IMG/VR virus record: IMGVR_UViG_3300020445_001256
Location: 1-64,000 of that record
Length of the DNA stretch: 64,000 bases
Origin: a virus
Reading direction: 5' to 3' (one strand)
The notes beneath the pieces were generated by a model. The model was given only the letters and a program-made list of their open reading frames with translations. It had not been told where the DNA came from and made no database searches. Shown here one piece after another: positions 28,050 through 37,244 of this stretch. Positions within the stretch are counted from its first letter, which is position 1, and each line of letters begins with the position of its first letter. A program made the position numbers and the translations under genes.

Positions 28050-29168
28050 ATGTCGAAAGCACTAGAGGTGGGACAATGGTATACTTTACCTGGAATCCCA
28101 GATGTAGAAATAGCGGTATTAATTACCAAAGCATTTTTAAAATATCCTGAGTGGATAACTCAGAGAGATACAGAGAACAGACTTAAGAAGAAAGGTGTTA
28201 TAGATCACCTAAGAAAACTATTTCCTACTCATCATATTGTAGCAGTTGGAGAATTAACTGAAAAGGATGATTGGGAAGATGAAGTATATGAAGCAGGTCA
28301 TACTTGGCGACTTGATGCTAACACAAGAGCAAAAGTATGGGAAAGAGGTTTATCAAATGAACTTCCTAAAGGTGTACTAGCAGTTAAATTTAAAGGTAAA
28401 ACTTTAACAGATATAAGGAATATTTACTGGGCATTTGATAACCCAACAGCAGCAGAGATAGCAGCAGAAGTTGTTACTGGATGTCTTAAATCTCTTGGTA
28501 TAGATTTACTTACTAAGAAGTTTAGGGATGGACAATTTGTTACTTCTCTATCATATTGTTGTAAATTTGATGCACCAGATGTATATGGTAGTAAAGGATT
28601 ATGGTCTGAACCTGATGATGATTCAGTAACTATAACTGAATACAAAAGGACTCAAACTTTACATGCAGTTAGAGATTATGCTGATACAATTAAGGCAGTT
28701 GATGAACTATTATCTAAGACTGGAATTATATCACATTTCGATCAAACATTCCTAACAGCACTATTCTTATTCCATAGAAAGTACGGTTGCTTTGATGATA
28801 ATGTAACTAACCTATGTTTAAACCTTACAGGTAGACTTAAGGATGAAGATGGTGAACAGTTATTAATAGCAACTGCACCAAATCCAAGTGCTAAGTTAAA
28901 TGCTACTGGATGGATTGATAGGGAAAATACTAAATCATTCTCTAATTATAAAGAGCAATGTGTTATTCAAGACAGAGGAAAAATGGAAGGTTTCTATCAA
29001 GGAGTGCCATTCTTTACCTACTGGTTATCAATCGCATCACAAAATGGTCTTAAGCACAGACAAAATAAAGGTGCAAAAGGCGGTTATACCAACTGGTTTG
29101 AAGGTACATTCCTTAAGACTAATAAGAAAGCAGTGCTTGAAAAACTAGAGAAATCACTGTCAATCTAG
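28050..29168 (+). CDS. Hypothetical protein, possibly with a ParB/Srx (DGQHR-like) N-terminal domain
   Basis: 'QRD' and 'WRLDANTR' resemble the QR...xDGxHR pattern; weak match. Confidence 0.5.
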   Translation: MSKALEVGQWYTLPGIPDVEIAVLITKAFLKYPEWITQRDTENRLKKKGVIDHLRKLFPTHHIVAVGELTEKDDWEDEVYEAGHTWRLDANTRAKVWERGLSNELPKGVLAVKFKGKTLTDIRNIYWAFDNPTAAEIAAEVVTGCLKSLGIDLLTKKFRDGQFVTSLSYCCKFDAPDVYGSKGLWSEPDDDSVTITEYKRTQTLHAVRDYADTIKAVDELLSKTGIISHFDQTFLTALFLFHRKYGCFDDNVTNLCLNLTGRLKDEDGEQLLIATAPNPSAKLNATGWIDRENTKSFSNYKEQCVIQDRGKMEGFYQGVPFFTYWLSIASQNGLKHRQNKGAKGGYTNWFEGTFLKTNKKAVLEKLEKSLSI

Positions 29169-29213
29169 AAACTGTCCACTAAATCCCCATTTCATCCTGA
29201 TCTGGGGTATATT
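29157..29213 (+). promoter_or_regulatory. 7-8-7 motif plus -10 box
   Basis: CTGTCAA-N8-CTGTCCAC, a CCCCA/TGGGG stem, and TATATT at 29208. Confidence 0.65.
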
Positions 29214-29233
29214 AATATTGTTGAGAAATTCCT

Positions 29234-30096
29234 ATGAAATTCTTTTCTGCCAAGACACAAATCTATGGCATTAAAAAAGCACTCAAAGCGAGTGAACGTG
29301 ATCCATTTCTTTATAATGAAGAAGAGATCATTAAATTAAAAACTTCTCTTCGCAAATTGCGTGAAGAGCAAGAACAAACCCGACAAATTCAAAACGGAGG
29401 ATTTGGTTATGACGTTTAAAAAGATTAATGTCGAATACGATCAAGATTTTGACAACTGTCAAGAACAAGAAGATGATTGGGTTTCTTCAGTAATAGGAAC
29501 TGAAGATGATGCAATTTATGATGTTCTTGCGGAGATTAAATGACAACAATTCCACGCAAATTGAAGATGCTACTTGACTCTTATGATGAGGGTATTCTTG
29601 ATTCAGATGGTCAAGTAGAAATGGCACAGTTCTTAATAGATTGTGACCTACACAATGAGTTATTACAGTATCAGAAACTATGTGATTATTTGATCGCTGA
29701 AGGTTACTGTTATGATGTACATCAGGAGGCATAATGAATACTTACGAAGTCCTATTACAACGTGAAATTGGTATTAATAAGACCGTATTTGTTCACGATT
29801 GTTATTATGAAGATGAAGCAAGATTGCTTGCTGAATCTCAATATGGACTTCCAGTATTAAGAGTATTGTATAAAGGACAATCTAATAATAGCAGTGTTAA
29901 TGATGTTCCTGAACCCTATTATGGTGGCACTTGGTTATCAACAATAGGGTCAGGAAATAGTTCTATTACTAATATATTAGCATTACCATTTGGTATCTTA
30001 ATTATTATATTATTAATAGAATTTTGGTGGTGGTTTGTTGCTATAACTTGCATAGGAGTTGGGTGGAGAACATATCAATATATCAAAGACGACTAG
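29234..30096 (+). CDS. Run of four small hypothetical ORFs (29234-29419, 29409-29543, 29540-29734, 29734-30096; the last has a C-terminal TM segment)
   Basis: Overlapping start/stop coupling after the promoter. Confidence 0.6.
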
Positions 30097-30223
30097 GCAT
30101 TTATTTTTGTTAATATGATGTCGATATTCTGACAATAATATAATAAATAGTGGTAGAATTAAGGATAACAAGATGAACTGAAAACTCTCTTGATTATGGT
30201 TCAAAGTTACTTAGGAGTTGGAT

Positions 30224-30391
30224 ATGTCACATAACATAATGTCTTACAATCATTTGGCACACTGGAAACATGGTGTAAACGAAATCCCTGAATATCAGGA
30301 TCAATTACTGGACGATTACTTTGAGTGCCTAATAGATTGTGAAGACAATCAATCTAGTTGTAGGAGGGTATGTAAGGAAATTCTTATGTGA
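30224..30391 (+). CDS. Small Cys-rich protein (55 aa; YFECLIDC...CRRVC)
   Basis: Hand translation; AGGAG SD; ATAAATA at 30143; terminator downstream. Confidence 0.7.
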   Translation: MSHNIMSYNHLAHWKHGVNEIPEYQDQLLDDYFECLIDCEDNQSSCRRVCKEILM

Positions 30392-30410
30392 CCAATTACT
30401 AAATTCTATA

Positions 30411-30447
30411 AAAGAGGGTTTACAGACCCTCTTTTTTATGTTATAAT
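30411..30447 (+). terminator. Rho-independent terminator overlapping a sigma70 promoter
   Basis: AAAGAGGGT-ttacag-ACCCTCTTT-TTT; TTTACA(30419)-17-TATAAT(30442). Confidence 0.7.
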
Positions 30448-30469
30448 GTATTTGAATAATATCATTATT

Positions 30470-30541
30470 ATGTGGTACATTATTTTCTGGACAGCAATTA
30501 CTATGTTCATACTTGTTAAAGTAGGTGCATTTAAGAAATGA
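30470..30541 (+). CDS. Putative 23-aa membrane micropeptide
   Basis: MWYIIFWTAITMFILVKVGAFKK; its stop overlaps the MTase ATG. Confidence 0.4.
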   Translation: MWYIIFWTAITMFILVKVGAFKK

Positions 30542-31506
30542 AAGATACAATATTATTTGGAGATTGTCGCAAGACATTATCAGCATTTCTACCAAATAGT
30601 GCTCGTATGTGTGTAACAAGTCCACCATATTACGGACTAAGAGATTATGGTGGAGAAGATAATCAAATAGGTTTAGAACAATCACCAGAAGAATATGTTA
30701 ATGAGATGGTGAAAGTATTCAGAGAAGTTAGAAATATATTGACTGAAGATGGAACACTATGGTTAAACATAGGTGATAGTTATTACAACTATCGTCCTGG
30801 TAAGGGTGCTAATTACCCTAAGCAAAGTGTTAGTGAGACTAGACAAGATTTACCTACTAATAGTAACAAACGTGCTAACAAATTAGAGGGACTAAAAGAG
30901 AAAGATTTAATCGGTATTCCTTGGATGTTAGCATTTGCATTACGAGCAGATGGATGGTACTTAAGGCAAGATATTATATGGCATAAACCTAATCCAATGC
31001 CTGAAAGTGTAAGAGATAGATGCACTAAAGCACATGAATATATGTTCCTCTTAAGTAAGAATAAGCATTACTATTATGATAATGATGCTATTAAAGAACC
31101 AGCAAAAGATTGGGGAACCAGAGATAGAACTAACGGCAAATATCATAATGAGGGAACAGGATTACAACCTCATTCTGGTCTCACTAAATCATATCCAAAG
31201 AAGAATAAACGTAGTGTATGGAGTATAACTAAGAAACCATATAAGGGTGCTCATTTTGCTACTTTCCCACCTGAATTAATCATCCCATGTATTAAAGCAG
31301 GTTCAGCACTAAATGATACTATCATTGACCCATTTATGGGATCTGGAACTACTGCAATGGTAGCAAAATCATTAGGTAGGTATTACTTAGGGTGCGAATT
31401 ACACGAGGATTATGGTCATTTAATAGAGCAGAGAGTGAGAGAATATCATGTGCCAACTGACAAAGTGGTACATAATGGACTGACAACCCTCTTGGATCGT
31501 GTATAA
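30538..31506 (+). CDS. Second N4/N6 DNA methyltransferase (beta class)
   Basis: CVTSPPYYGLRDY..WHKPNPMPES..HFATFP..DPFMGSGTT. Confidence 0.93.
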   Translation: MKDTILFGDCRKTLSAFLPNSARMCVTSPPYYGLRDYGGEDNQIGLEQSPEEYVNEMVKVFREVRNILTEDGTLWLNIGDSYYNYRPGKGANYPKQSVSETRQDLPTNSNKRANKLEGLKEKDLIGIPWMLAFALRADGWYLRQDIIWHKPNPMPESVRDRCTKAHEYMFLLSKNKHYYYDNDAIKEPAKDWGTRDRTNGKYHNEGTGLQPHSGLTKSYPKKNKRSVWSITKKPYKGAHFATFPPELIIPCIKAGSALNDTIIDPFMGSGTTAMVAKSLGRYYLGCELHEDYGHLIEQRVREYHVPTDKVVHNGLTTLLDRV

Positions 31507-31507
31507 T
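31450..31507 (+). promoter_or_regulatory. 7-8-7 motif plus -10 box
   Basis: GTGCCAA-N8-GTGGTAC; TATAAT at 31502. Confidence 0.65.
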
Positions 31508-31511
31508 AGAA

Positions 31512-31616
31512 GAGCGAAACAGTTAAGGGATCACTGAGTTTGGATCTAGTCTGACTTAGAAGCAGACACATGACGATTCAGTAATTGACTACCCTCAGTC
31601 CCTTAATGTTTCGCTC
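31512..31616 (+). ncRNA. Candidate structured RNA 1 (closed multi-stem)
   Basis: GAGCGAAACA/TGTTTCGCTC, TTAAGGGA/TCCCTTAA and CTGAG/CTCAG enclose the hairpin GTCTG/CAGAC; begins at the predicted TSS. Confidence 0.6.
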
Positions 31617-31641
31617 ACTTATAAACTTGCATTATTATTAC

Positions 31642-31920
31642 ATGCCAACAGCATCTACAGCGAAGAAAGTATCAACAACTCCTCGCAAAAGACGCACAAG
31701 AAAAGCAACAACTACTAAGAAAGTTGCTCCACTAAATACAACAGTCGCTAGACCAATCGTGTCCGAAACTGTTAAGGAACAACCTAAAGTTCAAGAAGTT
31801 GTTACTATTAAGTCACTTAAAGATTATCCTCGTGATGGATTATCTCTTGTAATTCTTCCTCTATTATATCTCGAAGCATTTACAAAAGAGATCCTTAAAG
31901 CAACAGGGACAATCAAGTAA
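31642..31920 (+). CDS. Basic Lys/Thr-rich protein with a C-terminal hydrophobic helix
   Basis: MPTASTAKKVSTTPRKRRTRK...; the ATG at 31642 is preferred over the TTG inside the RNA structure. Confidence 0.65.
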   Translation: MPTASTAKKVSTTPRKRRTRKATTTKKVAPLNTTVARPIVSETVKEQPKVQEVVTIKSLKDYPRDGLSLVILPLLYLEAFTKEILKATGTIK

Positions 31921-31963
31921 CTGTCCACTAAACCCCCACAAGGGGGTTTTTTATTGCTATATT
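31906..31963 (+). promoter_or_regulatory. 7-8-7 motif, terminator hairpin and -10 box
   Basis: GGGACAA-N8-CTGTCCAC; AAACCCCC-acaa-GGGGGTTT-TTT; TGcTATATT at 31955-31963. Confidence 0.7.
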
Positions 31964-31968
31964 ATAAA

Positions 31969-32102
31969 TGTTGAGGCATCCGTAAGACAGGCAAGGGTGA
32001 GTAAACAATTCAGAAGGATCTTAAATGACCTTGTATTGAACGAGGTGATCGCACTGTGGAAAACTCTTTAAGTCGAACCTCTGCAAACATAAGTCCTCAA
32101 CA
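31969..32102 (+). ncRNA. Candidate structured RNA 2 (helicase leader)
   Basis: Closing stem TGTTGAGG/CCTCAACA; internal AAGG/CCTT and bulged GAGGT-TCG-ACT/AGT-CGA-ACCTC hairpins. Confidence 0.5.
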
Positions 32103-32136
32103 CTTATTAAATTTACATTATGAAGGAGATTTCCAT

Positions 32137-33384
32137 TTGAAAGACACATTGAGACCTCACCAGTTGCGTGCCTATAACTCAATGAGTCAGGCAAATCATG
32201 GTCAAATTGTAATACCTACTGGTGGTGGTAAAACATTTATTATGATAGCAGATTGCGATAGGATACTATCAACTAATGGAAGACCTCACAAGACATTTGT
32301 TGTAGTTGCACCTCGCATATTACTTGCTAATCAGTTATCTGATGAGTTTGAATCTGCTCTTAATAATGTTAGTATTGCACACGTACATAGTGGTGAAACA
32401 CATCATTTTAGCACCACAGATCACAGATTTTTAACACACTGGGATAGCACAACTATCAGTGATAAGATTATATTTACTACCTATCATTCACTTCACAGAG
32501 TATTAGATAGTATGGTAGATATTGATAGAATATATTTTGATGAAGCACATAATGGCACTGGTAAATCATTCTTTAAGCAGATAAAAAGAGTTGCTGATTT
32601 ACAAATATCACGTTTCTTTTTTACTGCTACTCCTCGTATTGCACGCTCTAAGAATAACATTAGTGCGGAAAGAGGTATGAATAATGCGGAAGTTTGGGGT
32701 AATATATTAGAACAAACAACAGCACAGGAGTTAATAGATAGTGGCACTATCTTATACCCTAAAGTTATACCATTTGAGAACGATAGAGAGAGAACTAAGT
32801 TAAACGCACATGAAGTAGATAGTGATAACTTAAAGGACATACTTACCAACATAACTGATAACAATCCAAAGGTACTTGTGAGTGCTCCAACAACAAGAAT
32901 ACTATGGAATATGCTCTCACAAACTGATATTAAAGACTGGTTACATGAGAGAGAATATAACATTTTACACATCACATCTAAGCATGGTGCTATCATTAAT
33001 GGTAAGAAAGTTGGTAGAGAAGAGTTCTTCAAATTGCTTACAAAATGGGGTAAAGATGATACTAAGAAGATGATAGTCTTCCATTATAGTATACTATCAG
33101 AGGGCATAAATGTTCCTGGTTTGACTCATTCAGTGATGCTAAGAAATCTACCTAATATTGAAATGGCACAGACAATAGGTAGAATAATTAGAATACATGA
33201 GAAGGACAAAGTTGCAATGAAAGAGGGTAAAATACCTGCTGGTCAGTATAACTTATACCATAAAAGTCATGGTCAAATATGTGTTCCAGTATCAGGTAAA
33301 TACGGTCAAAGAATAGCAAAAAGGTTGCAATCTGTCGTTTCATATATCTTTATAGAGGGTATTCCACCAGTTGCATATGTTTAG
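32137..33384 (+). CDS. SF2 DEAH helicase (type III restriction Res-like/UvsW-like fold)
   Basis: LRPHQ, PTGGGKT, DEAH, TATP, LSEGINVP, QTIGR.IR; the TTG at 32137 has an AAGGAG SD. Confidence 0.88.
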   Translation: MKDTLRPHQLRAYNSMSQANHGQIVIPTGGGKTFIMIADCDRILSTNGRPHKTFVVVAPRILLANQLSDEFESALNNVSIAHVHSGETHHFSTTDHRFLTHWDSTTISDKIIFTTYHSLHRVLDSMVDIDRIYFDEAHNGTGKSFFKQIKRVADLQISRFFFTATPRIARSKNNISAERGMNNAEVWGNILEQTTAQELIDSGTILYPKVIPFENDRERTKLNAHEVDSDNLKDILTNITDNNPKVLVSAPTTRILWNMLSQTDIKDWLHEREYNILHITSKHGAIINGKKVGREEFFKLLTKWGKDDTKKMIVFHYSILSEGINVPGLTHSVMLRNLPNIEMAQTIGRIIRIHEKDKVAMKEGKIPAGQYNLYHKSHGQICVPVSGKYGQRIAKRLQSVVSYIFIEGIPPVAYV

Positions 33385-33385
33385 T

Positions 33386-33442
33386 GTGACAGTACGAGTA
33401 GTGTCTACTATTTTCCCCATTGTCCCTAAAATCGACTATTAT
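33386..33442 (+). promoter_or_regulatory. 7-8-7 motif plus -10 box
   Basis: GTGACAG-N8-GTGTCTAC; TATTAT at 33437. Confidence 0.72.
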
Positions 33443-33469
33443 ATAAGAGTAAACCAAATAACGGAGTTT

Positions 33470-34397
33470 ATGACCACACTTTCCAAAGAAGTTTATCAAC
33501 AGTTGGTTAATCCAACTCCAGTCATTAAGTATTACTTTTTGACTCCTCAGAGTGTTACTAACCCTAAGAATACTAGGAGGACAAAATGAAAACATTTATC
33601 TATTCATTTCGCATAGTATGTGAAAACAATGATGAACCAAATCCTGTTCATTTATGTGAAGAAATACAAGCATATTTGAACAGTAATTTATCATATTATG
33701 ATGATGCAATGGATCAACATATTAATGCTGAGGTTGTGGGTTATAATGTAGAAGTAGATCAATTTAATCCATTTATTGCAGAGGAGGAGTATTAATGAAC
33801 AATCTTGATTTCCTATCACAAGTATTAGAAGATTTCTGCCTTAATTATGACTTAGAGTTTATGAGTGCAGATGATATTTTATACGGTGATTGTGATAATA
33901 AATTAGATGATAACCAGAAAGATTGGTTGAGAAACTATATCGAAGTCTGGGATACTATTGTGAACTTATGATAGTATTACGCATACATGAGAATAACACT
34001 GGAACGATTAATTTCGATTCAGAAGAACAATTAGAGGCATGGATTGATGCTCCTAATTATGAACAAGTACAATGGGAATACACTAATGAAGATGTATTTC
34101 ATAGGACATATTTTGTAGAACGTAACATTAACTCATTCACCCCAACTTCGGAGGACATTTCTAATGCAATCTGGAACAAATATGCGTAGCAATCTAATCA
34201 TCACACCAAAGACTTCAGCATCTATTGAGTTAGATAGCGACCAAATTAGCACTCTATTGTATATCATAGAGGGATATTGTCAAGGTGATGATTACATTGA
34301 AGGAACTGATTTTGGTAATGATTGTGATAAGTTAGTGGAGATATTAGAGCACGCAAGTGAAACAATACCACTAGAAGATGATCCATGTTGGCAATAG
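33470..34397 (+). CDS. Early small hypothetical ORFs (33470-33589, 33586-33795, 33795-33971, 33968-34189, ~34182-34397)
   Basis: Mostly acidic, translationally coupled ORFs after the promoter; partly hand-translated. Confidence 0.6.
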
Positions 34398-34398
34398 T

Positions 34399-34458
34399 GT
34401 GACAGTACAATTACTGTCTACTTTTTTCCCATTTGACTCTATTATGCCTTATTATAAT
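34399..34458 (+). promoter_or_regulatory. 7-8-7 motif plus -10 box
   Basis: GTGACAG-N8-CTGTCTAC; TATTAT/TATAAT at 34450-34458. Confidence 0.72.
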
Positions 34459-34484
34459 AGAGTAAACAACAAAACTTTTATTTT

Positions 34485-34964
34485 ATGACTCTTACATCAG
34501 TTGAATTCAGAGAAGAACTTCAGGGTAAACTTGAAGACAATGTATTACTTTGGACTGAAGGATTATGTGATGCTCTTGAAAAGAATTACTTTGATTATCA
34601 CCTTAGAATGATAACAAATAACTCTACAAGATACACTGAAGGAGAGTTATCAGAGTATGCACAATCTCAGTTAGATGCTATTAACAATGGCACTGCTAAT
34701 TTGATGAAGTTTAAGATAGTTACTGGACGTAAGTATCACAAAATTATACAACAAGACTACGATACATTTCAAGATAGAAATGAATATAGGGATGGCAGTG
34801 TTCATGCCTTTGTTGATAAGAAAACTGGTGAAGTTTATAAACCAGCAAGTTGGAAATCTCCCGCAAAACATGTTAGATATGATATGAGAATTATCAAACA
34901 TAGGGAGTATTTACATAACTCACAGAATACAGGTTGGGCAGGTGGTTATCTCTATATGAGATAA
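34485..34964 (+). CDS. Conserved phage early protein
   Basis: 'GRKYHKI..SVHAFVDKKTGEVYKPASWKSPAKHVRY' motif of a widespread phage family of unknown function. Confidence 0.75.
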   Translation: MTLTSVEFREELQGKLEDNVLLWTEGLCDALEKNYFDYHLRMITNNSTRYTEGELSEYAQSQLDAINNGTANLMKFKIVTGRKYHKIIQQDYDTFQDRNEYRDGSVHAFVDKKTGEVYKPASWKSPAKHVRYDMRIIKHREYLHNSQNTGWAGGYLYMR

Positions 34965-35002
34965 TCTTCCCCCTCTAAGTATCATTCATTCACCCTAATT
35001 AC

Positions 35003-36199
35003 ATGTCTACATTAACAATCACCGACTACGAATCAAATCTACTATTTGATATGTTGTACACAACAATTTCAGAGTTTAATGATGGAGAATATCCTGTAGA
35101 ACTTGACACATTGTTCACCAAATTACAGGATGCAAAGTTACAATGAAACTCTTTATTTCAGACGGTAAATGTTATCGTAATCACAAGTATCAGAAGAGAA
35201 GATTAAGTAAAGCAGATCACATCTATCTAATTAAAACAACAAATTGGAAGGATATTATCTGGACATACTTCTCAGAAATCGAAGACGATTTCAGACTCTT
35301 AAATTCACCTTACTCCCCTAATTAACATGACTAACTATCAACAAACAGCAAACCCAAATGCAACAAATAGTGAGTTAGATGCTAAGGTTATTGTTAAAGT
35401 ACCTGACCTAAATTCACTACAATTAGATGAAGTTAGAGAGCAATATGCAGAGATAGTTCTTGATAGAATGGACTATAAAGATCTAGAGCAATATGTATAT
35501 GATTCTCTATCAGATTACTACGGTAAAATGACACAAACTGAACTAAGAGAACATATTGTTGAAATGGAAAATAGTGGTGATCCCACTGATAACTTATTTG
35601 ATGAATTAGCAGAGAATGTAACAATTAGGGATTTGATGAAAGAGAAAGATAGTGACGAAGATAACACATGTATGCAAACATTTATTCCAGGATTCCATGA
35701 CTAAACTAACATATAGTGACTCTCCATTCTTCTCAAATTGGAGTCAAAGTTACTTCACTAATTTAACATTAGATCAGCACATTGCTAACAACAACTGGTT
35801 TATGACTACACTCACTATGTTAAAAGATGATGGTGTATTATATGTCCCAGTTCTTGATAAGAACTTCAACAGATTAGGGGAGGAAATTAATGACTAACGT
35901 CACAAAGTACACTCGTGCAGGTGTTAGTGGGAAACAAATAGTATGCCCACAATGTAACAACGAAGCAAGAGTATTTCACTTCAGTTGGAGTGCATTAACC
36001 TGTCAATCTTGCAAACAAAGTATTAACAAACCCGATTGGATTCTTACCTAAAATGACATACTACACAGTCGAAACTGACCTATTTACTGTTGACTTTAAG
36101 GATGAATATACATACCTTAATTGTCTATTAGCAGCAAAAGATTTAGGTGTCAATTTAGATCATTACCTACTAGAATTTCAACTAGAAGATGATGATTAA
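35003..36199 (+). CDS. Early small ORFs (35003-35146, 35143-35325, 35327-35704, 35697-35897, zinc-ribbon 35890-36051, 36053-36199)
   Basis: Coupled ORFs; 35890-36051 has CPQC...CQSC. Confidence 0.6.
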
Positions 36200-36201
36200 C
36201 C

Positions 36202-36230
36202 ATGATATTTGACTCACTAAATGTTGTCAA
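36202..36230 (-). promoter_or_regulatory. Antisense sigma70 promoter
   Basis: The reverse complement reads TTGACA-17-TATCAT. Confidence 0.5.
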
Positions 36231-36257
36231 CTGGTCTTGTGTCACTCTTCAAACAGG

Positions 36258-36523
36258 CACAAGATCGCTTGATTTTTGCCCCATTTTATGAGATCATAAT
36301 AGTATAAAGAAATTTGATTTAAACTATTATGAGATATTCAGTTCACTGCCCATCCGCACCCTTCGAGAATTCAAGTTTTGTTAATCTTGACGATTGTTGG
36401 GGTTTATGCCTCGATTTATCCGAAGAGTATGGATATGCTGAGGTCAGATATGGTGCTTGCGTCATGGGATCCTACACTAATGGACAGTAGACAAACTGCC
36501 ACAAGATCGCTTGATTTTTGCCC
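36258..36523 (+). repeat. 24-bp exact direct repeat (promoter segment) flanking a 53-aa ORF
   Basis: CACAAGATCGCTTGATTTTTGCCC at 36258-36281 and 36500-36523. Confidence 0.85.
36329..36490 (+). CDS. Small hypothetical protein (53 aa)
   Basis: Hand translation MRYSVHCPSAPFENSSFVNLDDCWGLCLDLSEEYGYAEVRYG... Confidence 0.65.
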   Translation: MRYSVHCPSAPFENSSFVNLDDCWGLCLDLSEEYGYAEVRYGACVMGSYTNGQ

Positions 36524-36574
36524 AAATCTGTGCTATATTAAGAACATAATCAAGGACAACACAATTTTAATTTT

Positions 36575-37165
36575 ATGACTACTATGACTAAATCTTTATT
36601 TTCACAATCTATCAATCTATGTGATGATTATCTCGGATTTGAGTGGACTCAATCCACTCGTACTTCTATGTTTGATGTATATCGTAGAGAGAACGATTTA
36701 GACGGTTCTCTTGCTATCTACCACTATGGTAATGATGTCTTCAAAGTAAGAACAATGTCTTACACTTATGACGGTTGCACTAAAGGTGACCAGATTGATT
36801 TAGGCACTTTCGATAACATTTTAGATGCACAAGATTGTGCAGAAGATTATCTTAAAGATCTTCTAATGTCTCAAGGTGTTTAACACCTTCCCAGTAAACT
36901 TTCATTTCTTTTTATTATGCAATTAACTTCAATCGGTGGATCTATGGTAATAGATTACTACCCAACAAAATCAATCTTCACTAATAAGATTATTGATGAA
37001 GTCTTCCTTAAGGTAGTAACATTTAAGGGTAAGACTATGAAAAAAAGTGTTATCGAAGGTCAGGCATATACTGACGAGTTAGTATCATATAAGGATCACG
37101 ATTATGCGATCACAATTAACACTAAACGTCCCGCACAGTTTATATCAGATAGACGATATGCGTGA
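36575..37165 (+). CDS. Two hypothetical early proteins (36575-36883, 36917-37165)
   Basis: ORFs after the motif promoter at 36481-36539. Confidence 0.65.
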
Positions 37166-37219
37166 CAGTGTACAAAGTGTCCACATTTTCCCCTAAACTA
37201 TCATTTTAACCCTTATAAT
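37162..37219 (+). promoter_or_regulatory. 7-8-7 motif plus -10 box
   Basis: GTGACAG-N8-GTGTCCAC; TATAAT at 37214. Confidence 0.75.
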
Positions 37220-37244
37220 AAAGTATACCAAACAAATCAGACTT

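Noticed and set aside
31512-32102. tRNA, hammerhead ribozyme or a named riboswitch for the two RNA structures
   Set aside because: No cloverleaf/T-loop, no CUGANGA-GAAA core in the right arrangement, and no aptamer consensus I can recognise.
32056-32136. GTG start for the helicase
   Set aside because: It lies within the RNA structure; the TTG at 32137 has an SD and directly precedes the LRPHQ motif.
30538-33384. Type III R-M system (MTase plus Res helicase)
   Set aside because: The genes are separated by two promoters and another gene, and the helicase is short with no evident nuclease domain.
33386-33408. Motif read as an NtcA (GTA-N8-TAC) or CRP (TGTGA-N6-TCACA) site
   Set aside because: Arm sequence and spacing do not match either consensus across the copies.
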